NCBI GenBank assembly: GCA_963804995.1
Contig: CAWDSK010000006.1
Coordinates: 1,824,001 to 1,888,000, forward strand
Direction of reading: 5' to 3'
Length of the DNA: 64,000 bases
From: an uncultured Acidobacteriota bacterium
GTDB taxonomy: Bacteria; Acidobacteriota; Terriglobia; UBA7540
Positions 32,085 to 42,457 of this stretch are shown here, in pieces. Within the stretch, counting starts at the first letter, position 1. Every line of letters begins with the position of its first letter. A program made the translations under genes and the position numbers. The notes under the pieces were generated by a model, which saw nothing but the letters and a program-made list of their open reading frames with translations, made no database searches and had not been told where the DNA came from.

Positions 32085-33365
32085 ATGACCGATCAATCCA
32101 AGAAGCAGCTTGGCCGCAGGGAATTCCTGGGTGCAGCCGCGGCCGCAAGCTTTATGATCATGAAGCCGCAGTTGGTGCGCGGGACGCAGGCGAACTCCCA
32201 GGTTCGTTTTGGAATTATGGGCTGCGGAGGCCGCGGCCACGCCGTAGGCACGGGCTTCGTGCAGGATGCCGGCGCGCGGGTCACCGCCCTGGCCGATCTC
32301 TTCGGCGACAGGCTCGATGCCGCGCACAAGCACTACGACGAAATCCAGCAATCCAAGGGCTACGCGGCCATCGACCCGGCGCAACTCTTCAAAGGGCCGA
32401 ATGCTTACAAAGATATTGCCGCCTCAAAGGAAGTTGACTTCATCCTTATTACTACGCCTCCCTACTTCCACACGCACCATCTGGAAACGGTGGTCGACGC
32501 CGGCAAGCACGTCTATTGCGAAAAGCCCATCGCCGTGGATGTGCCGGGCGCCCACCACGCCATCCAAATCGGCGAAAAGGCGAAGGGCAAGCTGAGTCTC
32601 GAGGTGGGATTCCAGATTCGCATGGCGCCCCCCATGGTGGAACTGACCCGCCGCATTCACGAGGGCGCGCTCGGCAAGATCGGGAGCGGGCTGGCTTACT
32701 ATTACTGCTCGCACATCGACCTCAAAGATTGGCCCAATGCTTCGCCGGAAGAGAAGCGGCTGCGCAATTGGGTTTGGGACCGCAAGCTTTCCGGCGACAT
32801 CATCGTGGAGCAGAACATCCACGTGATTGACATGTGCAACTGGATGCTCCAAGGGCACCCCTTGAAGGCCGTGGGTACGGGTGGCCGCAAGCTTCGTACC
32901 GACCCAGGCGATTGCTGGGATAACTACAACGTGCTCTTTACTTATCCGGGCGACGTGCAAATCAGTTTTGGTTCCTGCCAAGTCGGCCATCCTACTTTTG
33001 ACGCTGCGGTCAGCTTGTTCGGAACGGAGGGCAGTTCCGAGGCGCATTACGATTGGCGCGTCAGCATTGCCGGTGACCACAAATGGGATGCGGGATTGGG
33101 CGCGGCACGTGAAACAGAACAATTCTCCGTCACGGGTAAGTTCAAGGGTTCGCTCGATCAAGCCGACGCCGAAAAGCAAAAGGGGTTCGTCGCCAGCATC
33201 ACCAGCGGGCAGTTCCACAACCAGGCCGCGCTGGGCGCGGAGTCAGCCATGAGCGCCATGCTGGGCCGTAATGCGGCATTGAAGGGCCACCCCCTTACCT
33301 GGGAGGAGCTGCAAAAGTCGAAGGAAGTGTACGATCCGAAGATCGATATCAGCAAGTTTGCGTGA
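32085..33365 (+). CDS. Tat-exported Gfo/Idh/MocA oxidoreductase
   Basis: GRREFLG Tat motif; GCGGRG, KHVYCEKP, VEQNIH. Confidence 0.92.
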   Translation: MTDQSKKQLGRREFLGAAAAASFMIMKPQLVRGTQANSQVRFGIMGCGGRGHAVGTGFVQDAGARVTALADLFGDRLDAAHKHYDEIQQSKGYAAIDPAQLFKGPNAYKDIAASKEVDFILITTPPYFHTHHLETVVDAGKHVYCEKPIAVDVPGAHHAIQIGEKAKGKLSLEVGFQIRMAPPMVELTRRIHEGALGKIGSGLAYYYCSHIDLKDWPNASPEEKRLRNWVWDRKLSGDIIVEQNIHVIDMCNWMLQGHPLKAVGTGGRKLRTDPGDCWDNYNVLFTYPGDVQISFGSCQVGHPTFDAAVSLFGTEGSSEAHYDWRVSIAGDHKWDAGLGAARETEQFSVTGKFKGSLDQADAEKQKGFVASITSGQFHNQAALGAESAMSAMLGRNAALKGHPLTWEELQKSKEVYDPKIDISKFA

Positions 33366-33496
33366 TCGTTGCGAGGTGTCAGGTCTCAGCGGCTAGCGGC
33401 TGGGTACTGGGGGCTGGGGGCAAGGTGTAGTCTTCTCCCGCTAGCCTCCCGAACCTGACACCTCGCACCCGGCACCTTGTTCTCAAGGAGGTCATC

Positions 33497-34429
33497 ATGA
33501 AGCTGAATTCATCGCGTCGAGATTTCTTAAAGGTTTCCGTGGGAGCTGCAGTTGCGTCTCCCCTGGCATCGCTCCAGCCTGCCGCGGCAGGCCCCGCTGG
33601 TAGTGCTCCTGCGGCCGCTCCTGCCGGTGGAGGCATCAAGAAGGCCGTACAGATTTACATGTTACCCAAACAGTTGAGCTACGCTGACCGCTTCAAAATG
33701 GCCCGCGACGTGGGCTTTGAGGGCGTGGAAGGCCAAACCGTCACGGACCCGAAGATGGCCGAGGAAATCAAGAAGGCCGCGGAAGACGCCAAGATCCGCA
33801 TTCACTCTGTCATGAACATGGCGCATTGGGACAACCCGCTCTCCTCCAGCGATCCCGCCGTGGTGGAGAAATCCCTGGAGGGCATGCGGACTTCTCTGCA
33901 CAACGCCGCACTGTGGGGAGCGGACACCGTGCTGCTGGTCCCGGCCGTCGTCAATCCCCAGACGGGTTACCACGACGCCTGGACCCGCTCGCAGCGGCAG
34001 ATTCGCAAGCTCATCCCGCTGGCCGCGGAACTCAAGGTCGTCATCGCCATCGAGGAAGTCTGGAACAAGTTCCTGCTCAGCCCGCTTGAAATGCAGGCTT
34101 ACGTGACGGAGTTCCAGAGCCCCTGGATCAAAACCTACTTCGACGTCGGCAATGTGGTGCTATACGGTTATCCCCAGGACTGGATTCGCACCGTCGGAAG
34201 GATAATCGCCAAAGTTCACTTGAAGGACTTCAAGATGGGGAAAGGCTGGAGCCCTGTCACCGCGCAATTCGTGAACCTCGGCGAGGGTGACATTGACTGG
34301 GCAGAAGTGCGCAAAGCTTTCGCAGAGGTGGGTTACACGGGCTGGGCGACAACGGAGCTGGAGGCCGGCGACGAGGCCTACCTGCGCGACGTGAGCCAGC
34401 GCGTGGACAAGCTGGTGCTGGGATTGTGA
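33497..34429 (+). CDS. Tat-exported sugar phosphate isomerase/epimerase (AP_endonuc_2 TIM barrel)
   Basis: SRRDFLK Tat motif; IEEVWNKFL, FDVGN, HLKDF. Confidence 0.9.
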   Translation: MKLNSSRRDFLKVSVGAAVASPLASLQPAAAGPAGSAPAAAPAGGGIKKAVQIYMLPKQLSYADRFKMARDVGFEGVEGQTVTDPKMAEEIKKAAEDAKIRIHSVMNMAHWDNPLSSSDPAVVEKSLEGMRTSLHNAALWGADTVLLVPAVVNPQTGYHDAWTRSQRQIRKLIPLAAELKVVIAIEEVWNKFLLSPLEMQAYVTEFQSPWIKTYFDVGNVVLYGYPQDWIRTVGRIIAKVHLKDFKMGKGWSPVTAQFVNLGEGDIDWAEVRKAFAEVGYTGWATTELEAGDEAYLRDVSQRVDKLVLGL

Positions 34430-34496
34430 CGGCGAATTCTGCGGGGAATTTCCCAGCACGCGGGATACTTGGTTCGAGCGGCGAGAAGCGTGAGGC

Positions 34497-36730
34497 CTAC
34501 CTCTCCGGCCTCAGGTAGACCACGCCCAGCGGCGGCAGGGTCAATTCCACGTGGCAAGGCTGGTTATGCCAGGGAAGCGGAATCGCCCTGGCGGCCGGTC
34601 CCATTGGTCACCCCGCTACCGCCAAACCTTGCATCGTCGGTATTCAATATCTCACGGTAGAAGCATGCCTCCGGCACGCCGACGCGATAGCCCGGGCGCG
34701 GCACAGGAGTGAAGTTGCACACCACCACCACATGCTCACCCGGGGTTTTGCCCTTCCGCAGGAAGGAGATCACGGAACTGTCGGCATCGTGAAAATCGAT
34801 CCATTGAAAGCCTGTGTGTCGAAGTCGATTTCGTGCAGCGACGGCTCCGCGCGGTAAATGTGGTTGAGTTCCGCCACCAGTTCCTGAAGCTTGCGGTGCG
34901 GTTCGTAGTCGAGCAGGTTCCAGTCCAGGCTCATGCGCAGGGTTCCATTCGCTCCATTGCCCGAATTCCACCCCCATGAAGAGCATTTTCTTTCCCGGGT
35001 GCGCGTAGAGAAAGGCGTAAAGCGCCCGCAGATTCGCAAACTTCTGCCAAGTGTCTCCCGGCATCTTGGCGAGCAATGAGCCCTTGCCGTGCACCACTTC
35101 GTCATGCGAAAGCGCCAGCACAAAATTCTCGCTGAAGGCGTAGAGCAGCGAGAAGGTCAGGCTGTTGTGGTGGTACTTGCGGTGGATGGGATCCATGGAG
35201 AAATATTGCAGCGTGTCGTGCATCCAGCCCATGTTCCACTTCAGGCTGAAGCCCAGCCCGCCGACGTAAGTCGGCCGCGAGACCATGGCCCAGGCGGTGG
35301 ACTCCTCCGCGATGGTCAGGATGCCGGGATGGTACTGGTAAGCCAGCTCGTTAAAGCGCTTGATGAAATCGATCGCCTCCAGGTTTTCGTTGCCCCCGTA
35401 ACGATTGGGAACCCACTCCCCAGGCTTGCGCGAATAGTCCAGGTAGAGCATGGACGCCACCGCATCGACGCGCAGGCCGTCGACGTGATATTTCTCCAGC
35501 CAAAACAGCGCGCTCGCCCAAAGGAAGTTGCGCACCTCGTTGCGGCCGTAGTTGAAGATGCGCGTGCCCCAATCGGGATGCTCGCGCAGGCGGGGATCCT
35601 CGTGCTCGTAAAGGTGCGTGCCGTCGAAAAACGCCAGGCCGTGGGCATCGGAGGGAAAATGCGCCGGCACCCAGTCCAGAATCACGCCGATCCCGTGCTG
35701 GTGCAAATGATCGACAAAGTACATGAAGTCTTCCGGCGTGCCGTAGCGGCTGGTGGGCGCGAAATAGCCGGTGGTCTGGTAACCCCAGGATTCGTCCAGG
35801 GGATGCTCCATCACCGGCATCAGCTCCACGTGCGTGAAGCCCATCTTCTCGACATAGTCCGCCAATTGCCCGGCGAGCTCGCGATAATTCAACACGCGAT
35901 GGTTTTCTTCCACGGCGCGCCGCCACGAACCCAGGTGGACTTCGTAAATCGCCAGCGGCGCGTCCAAGCTCTGGCGCATGGTGCGCTCGGCCATCCAGTC
36001 TTGGTCATTCCAGGCATAGCGATTGAGGTCGTAGACAATGGAAGCCGTCTTGGGCCGCTTCTCCGCTGTAGAACCCATAAGGGTCGGTCTTCAGCCCCAG
36101 GTAGTTGCGATGTCGCGCCCTTGATTTCATACTTGTAAATCTCACCCTCGCGCAATCCCGGGACGAAAAGTTCCCACACGCCGGTGGCGCCGCGCACGCG
36201 CAGAGGGTGGCGCCGGCCGTCCCAATGATTGAAGTCACCCACCACGCTCACACGTTGGGCGTTGGGGGCCCATACCGCAAAGGCCACGCCTTTCACGCCG
36301 GAGACTTCCGTCAGGTGTGCGCCCAGCTTTTCGTAGGTGTTGTCGTGCGTGCCCTCCGCCAGCAGGTAGAGATCGAAATCCGAGAGTACGGGGGAAAGCG
36401 GTAGGGATCCTCGAACTCCTGTTGTCCGGCGTAATCCGTGCGCAGGCGATAGGGAAACATGGCCTGCTCGCCCGGGAAGACCGCCTCAAAGAATCCATCG
36501 GCGTGAATCCGCTCGAGCGGCACCACGTCCGCCTCCGCCGGCCCGCGCACCACCCAGGCGCTATGGGCCCGCGGCAGAAACGCTCGGATCGCTACGGCCG
36601 CCTTGCCGTCTAACTCAACCAGGTGCATCCCCAGGATGTGGAAAGGGTCACCATGCTCGGCGTTGAGAATGAGCCCGATCTCCTCGATCGACGCCGTGGT
36701 CTTGGCCAGGAGTTTAATCTGCGTTGCCAT
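34497..36730 (-). CDS. glgB: 1,4-alpha-glucan branching enzyme with about six single-base indels (error or pseudogene)
   Basis: [57 protein letters not shown] spread over several frames. Confidence 0.92.
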
Positions 36731-36978
36731 CTCTTACATTGTACATGAAGGGAGCGCTGGGTGGGGGCATTCAGGTTGCGGAAGAACATTTCTCCGATGC
36801 CACCCCTAACGGGGCGTGAGAAACACTCACCTTTTTCCCCACGGCTTGCGCCGTGGGCCAAATGATGACGCCCGCTACGCGGGCGCGGGACTGGGCTGAG
36901 GATCTTCAAAGGTGGGGCAGGGGCAGTAGCGGGCTGAGTTGAGGCGCCGACCGACTGCCCCTGTTTGTGAGGTGAGCT

Positions 36979-38943
36979 TTAGCGTTTTCCTCCGTGCGAA
37001 CCGCCACCGCCTCCGCCGCCGTGGTTACCACCCCCACCGCCACCGCCGTGGCTTTCACCACCACCGCCGCGGGGAGTGGAGGAAGTGTGACCGCCTGCAG
37101 GCGCGGAGTTGGTCTTGCCGCCACCATAACTGCCGCCCCCGGCTGGGCGTTCACGCATGATGGGCCGGTTTAATTGCAGGGGTTGGCGGCCGGCGCCGTA
37201 GTACGATCCCCCTGAACGAGGGGCAGGCGCATTCCATCCGCCCGGGCCACCCGAGCGCGATTCATAAGCGCGGCTGGCCCCTCCCATCGGAACTTGCGAC
37301 GGCCGGCCGTAACCTTGCCAACTGCTCGTGCGGCCCTGCGGCGCTGGATTGCTTCTCTCGGAGCCCGGCATATTCACGGCCGCAGGCCAACGGTAGGTTT
37401 GGCTCGAGCCAGCAAACCTCTGCCAGTTTGGCGACTGAGATGAATTCGGAACCCCGCCGCGCCCGGTCACTTGGCCTTCGGCGCGAGGAGCGACCGCTCC
37501 AAACCGTCCTTGCTGAGTCGAGAAGTTACTTATGCGTCCTGCACCCACGGAGCTTCTGCTAAAGAAATGCTGGCCATTGGCCGAGGGCGAGGAGAAGCCC
37601 GCACGGTTCCCAACTCTTGCTCCGAAGTTGCCGCGGTTGGGCGCCACTGGCAACGCGCCGTGCATCATACTCGCGCCGTGCAGCATATTCTCACTCACGG
37701 GCTGGTAGTTGTTCCTGATGCGCCCGTTCACGAAATTCTGTGTGGAGACACTGGTGATGGCTCCTCGTATGCGCCCATTCGTCATCACGTTTTCCAGGTT
37801 CGATCCGTAGGGCCTGCCCCCAACATGTGTGAAGCCCCGGCCGTTAAGGTTCGAGAAATTCGTGGCGTTAAAGCCGCGGCCAGCTCCCCACCAGGGATGG
37901 AAGTTGTCACGCGGGCCGAGTGGCAACCAGCCAACCGAGCCAAAGCCGACGCCCACTCCAATGCCCCTACCACCGAAGCCAAAGAAGGAGACATAACCCG
38001 GTCCCCAACCCCCACGTCCACCATACATTCCCCGGCCCGGCCACCAGCGCCACCGGTCTCCATACATGAACCACCGGCCATAGTGGTAAGGCGCCCAACC
38101 CCAGGGTTCAAACCCGATCCAGGTCGATCCCCAGTAAGGCTCATCGACCCAAACGCCGTCGCGGTAGGGTACCCAACCCATATCCACTTGGGGAGTCCAG
38201 CACCAATCGTAGCCTGGCACTTCACTCCACTGGCCGTAAGCATCCAAGTCGCCCGCGCCCGTCACAGACGGATCGGTATGCCGGTAAGCCTGCGCTGAGG
38301 CAATCTGTTTGTCGCGGTCGAACGCCCACTTGTCGAAATCATCCCCAGCCGCCGCCTGGTCAACGCGATACTCCGGATTGTCGGCGCCATGGATGAAAAT
38401 GACTTGCCCGGCCTCTACCTTGGTGCTGCCCTGATTGGTAAGAACTTCCGCTTCGCCCCGGCGCACGATCAATTCCGTCTCCGTGGGGGAATCTACCTGA
38501 ATGCGAAAAACACCGTCCGATAAGGGGTGGACACCCATGTTAGGAGTATCAATCTCCATGTCGGCTTGCGTGCCTTTGAAAACGCTGAGTTCCGCCAGGC
38601 CCGACGCCATCTGAATTTGGATCTTGTTGGGGCTCAAGGTGGCAAGCTGCGCTTCCGTGCTCTGGTCGAAGCGCAGGATGTTGGCGAAGTCGAGCTGGAT
38701 TTCGGCGCGCGATCTGGCCGCTGTGGCCACCCGGTCGCCCGCCATCACCGGAGTGTTGACGGTAGCCGCCGCGCCTTCAGTGGAATCTCCGTGCATCAGG
38801 GAAACATCACCGTGCACGACGCTGATGCGAGCCACGGCGGGCTCAGGCCCCGCTCCGGGGTCGGGCCCGTCCTGGGCCGGAAGGCTAGCTGAGAATCCAA
38901 AGGTAAGAACTGCAAGCGTGATTAAAAGCAATCGGTTTTTCAT
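36979..38943 (-). CDS. DUF6600/FecR-domain secreted protein with Gly-rich tail
   Basis: VARIS, FecR-like AEIQ, DLDAYGQW, WVPYRDG, PWGWAPYHYGRW. Confidence 0.88.
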   Translation of the reverse strand: MKNRLLLITLAVLTFGFSASLPAQDGPDPGAGPEPAVARISVVHGDVSLMHGDSTEGAAATVNTPVMAGDRVATAARSRAEIQLDFANILRFDQSTEAQLATLSPNKIQIQMASGLAELSVFKGTQADMEIDTPNMGVHPLSDGVFRIQVDSPTETELIVRRGEAEVLTNQGSTKVEAGQVIFIHGADNPEYRVDQAAAGDDFDKWAFDRDKQIASAQAYRHTDPSVTGAGDLDAYGQWSEVPGYDWCWTPQVDMGWVPYRDGVWVDEPYWGSTWIGFEPWGWAPYHYGRWFMYGDRWRWWPGRGMYGGRGGWGPGYVSFFGFGGRGIGVGVGFGSVGWLPLGPRDNFHPWWGAGRGFNATNFSNLNGRGFTHVGGRPYGSNLENVMTNGRIRGAITSVSTQNFVNGRIRNNYQPVSENMLHGASMMHGALPVAPNRGNFGARVGNRAGFSSPSANGQHFFSRSSVGAGRISNFSTQQGRFGAVAPRAEGQVTGRGGVPNSSQSPNWQRFAGSSQTYRWPAAVNMPGSERSNPAPQGRTSSWQGYGRPSQVPMGGASRAYESRSGGPGGWNAPAPRSGGSYYGAGRQPLQLNRPIMRERPAGGGSYGGGKTNSAPAGGHTSSTPRGGGGESHGGGGGGGNHGGGGGGGSHGGKR

Positions 38944-39001
38944 GGCCCACCTCGAACGAACTTGCCTGGTCGTACTCCAAATAACGTCCGGCCTGTATAG
39001 G

Positions 39002-39017
39002 GCACGCCCCATGCCAA
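39002..39017 (-). promoter_or_regulatory. Possible sigma54 -24/-12 promoter of the DUF6600 gene
   Basis: TTGGCATGGGGCGTGC (GG-N10-GC) about 60 bp upstream of the ATG. Confidence 0.4.
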
Positions 39018-39176
39018 ACTTAGGAATTACAAATGCCGCCCATCTTATTGACGGACAATAGGTTAGGCAAAGCCCCTGGGATGGCCGGGATTACAAGGCC
39101 GCAACGCCCTGCCTAAATTCAGCCGCTCGGTGGCCCTTTTCAGCCAGCGGGGCGGGGTGACTGGACTGAAGGGAAT

Positions 39177-39319
39177 AACCACCCCGGCGCTCGGAGCCCC
39201 GCCTACTGTAACCACCCCGGCGCTCCGCGCGCCACCCCTCCTAAATCAGGAGGGGAGTTCTTCAAAGACTCCCCGCCTCAGATGAGGAGGGGTGGCGCGT
39301 TGGGCGCCGGGGTGGTGCT
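39177..39319. repeat. ACCACCCCGG/CCCCTCCT REP doublet
   Basis: Nested inverted repeats ACCACCCCGGCGC...GCGCCGGGGTGGT. Confidence 0.75.
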
Positions 39320-39356
39320 GACAAGGGAATAATGGAACAATAATAAAAAAACCCGC

Positions 39357-40067
39357 CTACTCCCACGCGAGCTCTATCAGGTTCTTCAGCAGCGTGCAGT
39401 CTTTGCATCCCGCGCTTGACTTAGGGGGGCGTTTGAGATCGTAGATCTCTCGAACCTTGGCGAGCAGCGGGGGAATGGTCTTCGGCTTAAGCTCCACCGG
39501 CACGATATGCGCGCTGAATTCCATCACAAATCCCGCCTCAGTCAGGTGCGATTCGTTCACCACTGCAGCGCTGTCCGTGACGGGCTCAGTGTAGACAAGC
39601 GCCAGACCCGACACAGGAGAGAATCCGTAGGGCTCAGCGATGAACGCATAGGCGTTCAACTGCGTGTCGTACATCGGTAATAGTACATCCTGATGAGCAG
39701 TGAACTTGGCGGTCTTGTAATCGACAATCAGGTACGATCCGTCGCGCCTCACCAGGATTCCATCCGGCGTACCGCGCAGAACGATGTTGGTCTCGCGGCT
39801 CTCGACGCGGAACTTGGAGTAATGCGGGGGCTCGCGGTAACCCTGGAGGTCTCCGAGTGCAGCGAGCCACGGAGGCGCGCACTGGTGACGGTCAAACCAC
39901 CCGTGTACGAGCCGCTTGCCATAGGAATCAATCGAACTGAAGATCCCGGGGAAGATCTGGTAAGGGAGTCCTTCCGCGTGCATCTCAATCCAGAAGCAGC
40001 GCGGGCAGAAGTCCGGCATGGCCACCGCGCCCAAGGTCTTCGCGGAAATAGTGAGAGGTTCTGGCAC
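39357..40067 (-). CDS. PD-(D/E)XK nuclease, RecB/Cas4-like
   Basis: GTPDG...IVDYKT...QLNAY; CPRC and CKDC cysteine pairs. Confidence 0.85.
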   Translation of the reverse strand: MPEPLTISAKTLGAVAMPDFCPRCFWIEMHAEGLPYQIFPGIFSSIDSYGKRLVHGWFDRHQCAPPWLAALGDLQGYREPPHYSKFRVESRETNIVLRGTPDGILVRRDGSYLIVDYKTAKFTAHQDVLLPMYDTQLNAYAFIAEPYGFSPVSGLALVYTEPVTDSAAVVNESHLTEAGFVMEFSAHIVPVELKPKTIPPLLAKVREIYDLKRPPKSSAGCKDCTLLKNLIELAWE

Positions 40068-40303
40068 AGCTTTCTCCGGCGTCGACGAGAATTCGCTGCA
40101 ACCATTCTACGCCACCCGGGCGCGCTTGCGCAGGCAATTGAAGGAAATTTTGAATCTTGAATTTTGAATTATGAATGTGAGGAATGACCCGGTGGCCCGA
40201 TTTCAAGTAGTGACTCAGTTAAACGCCAATCTACTCCGCCATAATCCACGCGCTTGACCGTTCTCCTGCCATGAGGACGCGGGATTTATGCGATACGCGC
40301 CCT

Positions 40304-41875
40304 CTAGTCGGCATAGGTCAGGCGGATAAGGGCTACACCGTGCGGACCGACCTCGGTGGAGAATTCCTCAGCGGCATCCCCGATATCCTTTTGCCGCCAG
40401 ACATCGTGCAGATGGAATCGCCCGTTCAGGCCGAGTTCTGACCACTTCACCGTCAGCTTTCCCTTCGTCCCTGCCAGGTTGAATAGCCCAACGGCAAGCG
40501 TGCCATCTTCGAGCGGTTTCGATAGAACAAATTCATTGGCGATGTGCCTTACGATCCTCGCCTGCTTCCCCAACGCATCCTGGTCAATGTCGATGACTTC
40601 TGAGTTGCAGAGAACGTTCAGGGTAAAGGCATCCAGGCGGGTCATAACGCCAGAGTAAAATAACGGCGAGGCCATCAGCGACCACATCGACATGTAGCTG
40701 TACTGCTCGTTGGGGGTCAGAGCTGTCCGCTGGGGCGGGTCCTGTTCATGCAAAGCGTTTCCGACGTAGCCGATCAAAATGTAATCCGGATCATTCCAGT
40801 GACCTGGGCCCGCGGCAGCAGAATGCTCAGCGTTGGCAAAACCAATCTCGTAGAACCCTGGCAACTGATGGCCTTTTGCCACGCCGAGATCGCCCGTGGT
40901 ACGCCAAAGGTTGCCCTTGACCGCCGCTCCCCAGTTCCACACGTCGGCCAAGCCGTATTGGCACATATTGAAGACGATGTCGCGGTTGAGCTGGCTGAGG
41001 ATTCCCCCCATCAGCCGGTAGGGCCGCTGGTGATCTTCCAATATCTTGGCCGGAAAGGCCCGGCCGTAAGAGCACAAATCGTACTTCAGAAAATCAAATC
41101 CCCAATCGGCAAACTGCTGGGCATCCACCTGCTCATGGCCGTAACTGGCGGTGAAGCCGCCGCAAGTCAAGGGACCTGGGCCGGTGTAAATCCCCGCCTT
41201 CAGGCCACGTTCATGGATATGGGCGGTAAGGCCGTGCATGTCGGGAAATCGGTCATTGGGCAGAATTGCCCCCGCCGGGCCACGCTGTGTTCCACCTAAT
41301 AATGGGTCCTTGGATCCGGGTTTCCTCATCCAGCAATCATCGATATCCACGTACTGATAGCCGAAGTCCGCCATTCCTGAAGTAATCATGGAGTCGGCCG
41401 CCTCGCGGATTACCTTGTCGGTGATTCGATCGTAGTACGTGTACCAATCGTTCCACCCCATGGGGGGCGTCAGAGCCAGGGAGTCGCCGACGACAAGCTT
41501 GAAAGGACGCGAACTGCTCCCTGCACGGTTGGCGGCGTGAAGGGTGATCGCGTAATTGCCTCGATGCTCGGGAACTTTGCCAGTGATGATGCCGGTGCTA
41601 TCGTCCAGGCGAAGCGAAGGGGGCAGACTTTCCGCGGAGAAGCGGATGGGCCGGGCGCCCGTACACGGAATGCGGTACACAAAGGTGTGGCCAGGCCGAG
41701 CACCGTAGATTTTTGGCCCGTTGATTTTAGCCGCCGGGCCGGGCGAGGGCGTCAGGATCGGCCCGGTAGCTTCCTCAACCCCTGGAAGCCCCATCACCAT
41801 GGAGACAATCATCAAAAGGGCAGCCGTACAAAGCAAGAGCTTATAATTCCACTTTGACAATTCTGGAGCCTTCAT
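40304..41875 (-). CDS. GH27 alpha-galactosidase with Ig-like (He_PIG) domain
   Basis: TPPMGWN, IDDCW, DFLKYD, WRTTGD, WNDPD, IDQDALG. Confidence 0.93.
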   Translation of the reverse strand: MKAPELSKWNYKLLLCTAALLMIVSMVMGLPGVEEATGPILTPSPGPAAKINGPKIYGARPGHTFVYRIPCTGARPIRFSAESLPPSLRLDDSTGIITGKVPEHRGNYAITLHAANRAGSSSRPFKLVVGDSLALTPPMGWNDWYTYYDRITDKVIREAADSMITSGMADFGYQYVDIDDCWMRKPGSKDPLLGGTQRGPAGAILPNDRFPDMHGLTAHIHERGLKAGIYTGPGPLTCGGFTASYGHEQVDAQQFADWGFDFLKYDLCSYGRAFPAKILEDHQRPYRLMGGILSQLNRDIVFNMCQYGLADVWNWGAAVKGNLWRTTGDLGVAKGHQLPGFYEIGFANAEHSAAAGPGHWNDPDYILIGYVGNALHEQDPPQRTALTPNEQYSYMSMWSLMASPLFYSGVMTRLDAFTLNVLCNSEVIDIDQDALGKQARIVRHIANEFVLSKPLEDGTLAVGLFNLAGTKGKLTVKWSELGLNGRFHLHDVWRQKDIGDAAEEFSTEVGPHGVALIRLTYAD

Positions 41876-41896
41876 AGCTTCACTCCTTTTCAGTCC

Positions 41897-42086
41897 AATT
41901 TACTCCACCTTGATCAAATTCACGCGCTTGACCGTTCTCCTGCGCTGAGGTGGAATCGCCCGTTCAGGCCGAATTCTGCCGACTTTACCGTCAGCCTTCC
42001 CTTCGTCTCTGCCAGGTTGAAGAGCCCGACGGCAAGCGCGCCAGCTTCGAGCGGTTTCGATGGAAGCAATTCATTAGCGGCGTGCC
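41897..42086 (-). pseudogene. Degenerate duplicate of the GH27 3' end and its downstream flank
   Basis: 41950-42086 resembles 40413-40547; 41897-41943 resembles 40228-40269. Confidence 0.8.
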
Positions 42087-42344
42087 GGGAGTGACTCATT
42101 TTGAATTCATGCAGGCTGGCCGTCGTAACGGCTCTCAAGTAGTAGGTCAACTCCTGCCATTATGGCACGCCCCTTTGAGGTGTCCAGCCGAAACCTGCCG
42201 CCTCAAATTTCAAATTGAGTCACTACCCGATTCTCGGTGGTGGGTCAGTGCGGATTGTTGTAGCGGCGGTCTCCGACCGCCGGCTTTGGATTCAATAGAT
42301 TCCGGCGCTCAGAGACCGCCGCTACAGCAAATTGACCCACTACC
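42087..42344. mobile_element. Two tandem MITEs with GGTAGTG(A/G)(C/G)TCA-type ends (42087-42227; 42236-42344 with GTAG-REP doublet)
   Basis: GGGAGTGACTCATTTTGAA / TTCAAATTGAGTCACTACC; GGTGGTGGGTCAG / TTGACCCACTACC; 8-bp spacer between them. Confidence 0.65.
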
Positions 42345-42457
42345 GGATTTCCGCCGAGGTTGTCATTTGACGGCACTTGGGGGAGAATGCGAGGCGCGTT
42401 CGCTTCGTGCATTGCGGATCGACCGTGGAAATGCTCTGATGCGACCCTGAGGCCTTC

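Noticed and set aside
39357..40067. CRISPR-associated cas4
   Set aside because: No cas1/cas2 or array nearby, and Cys spacing is non-canonical
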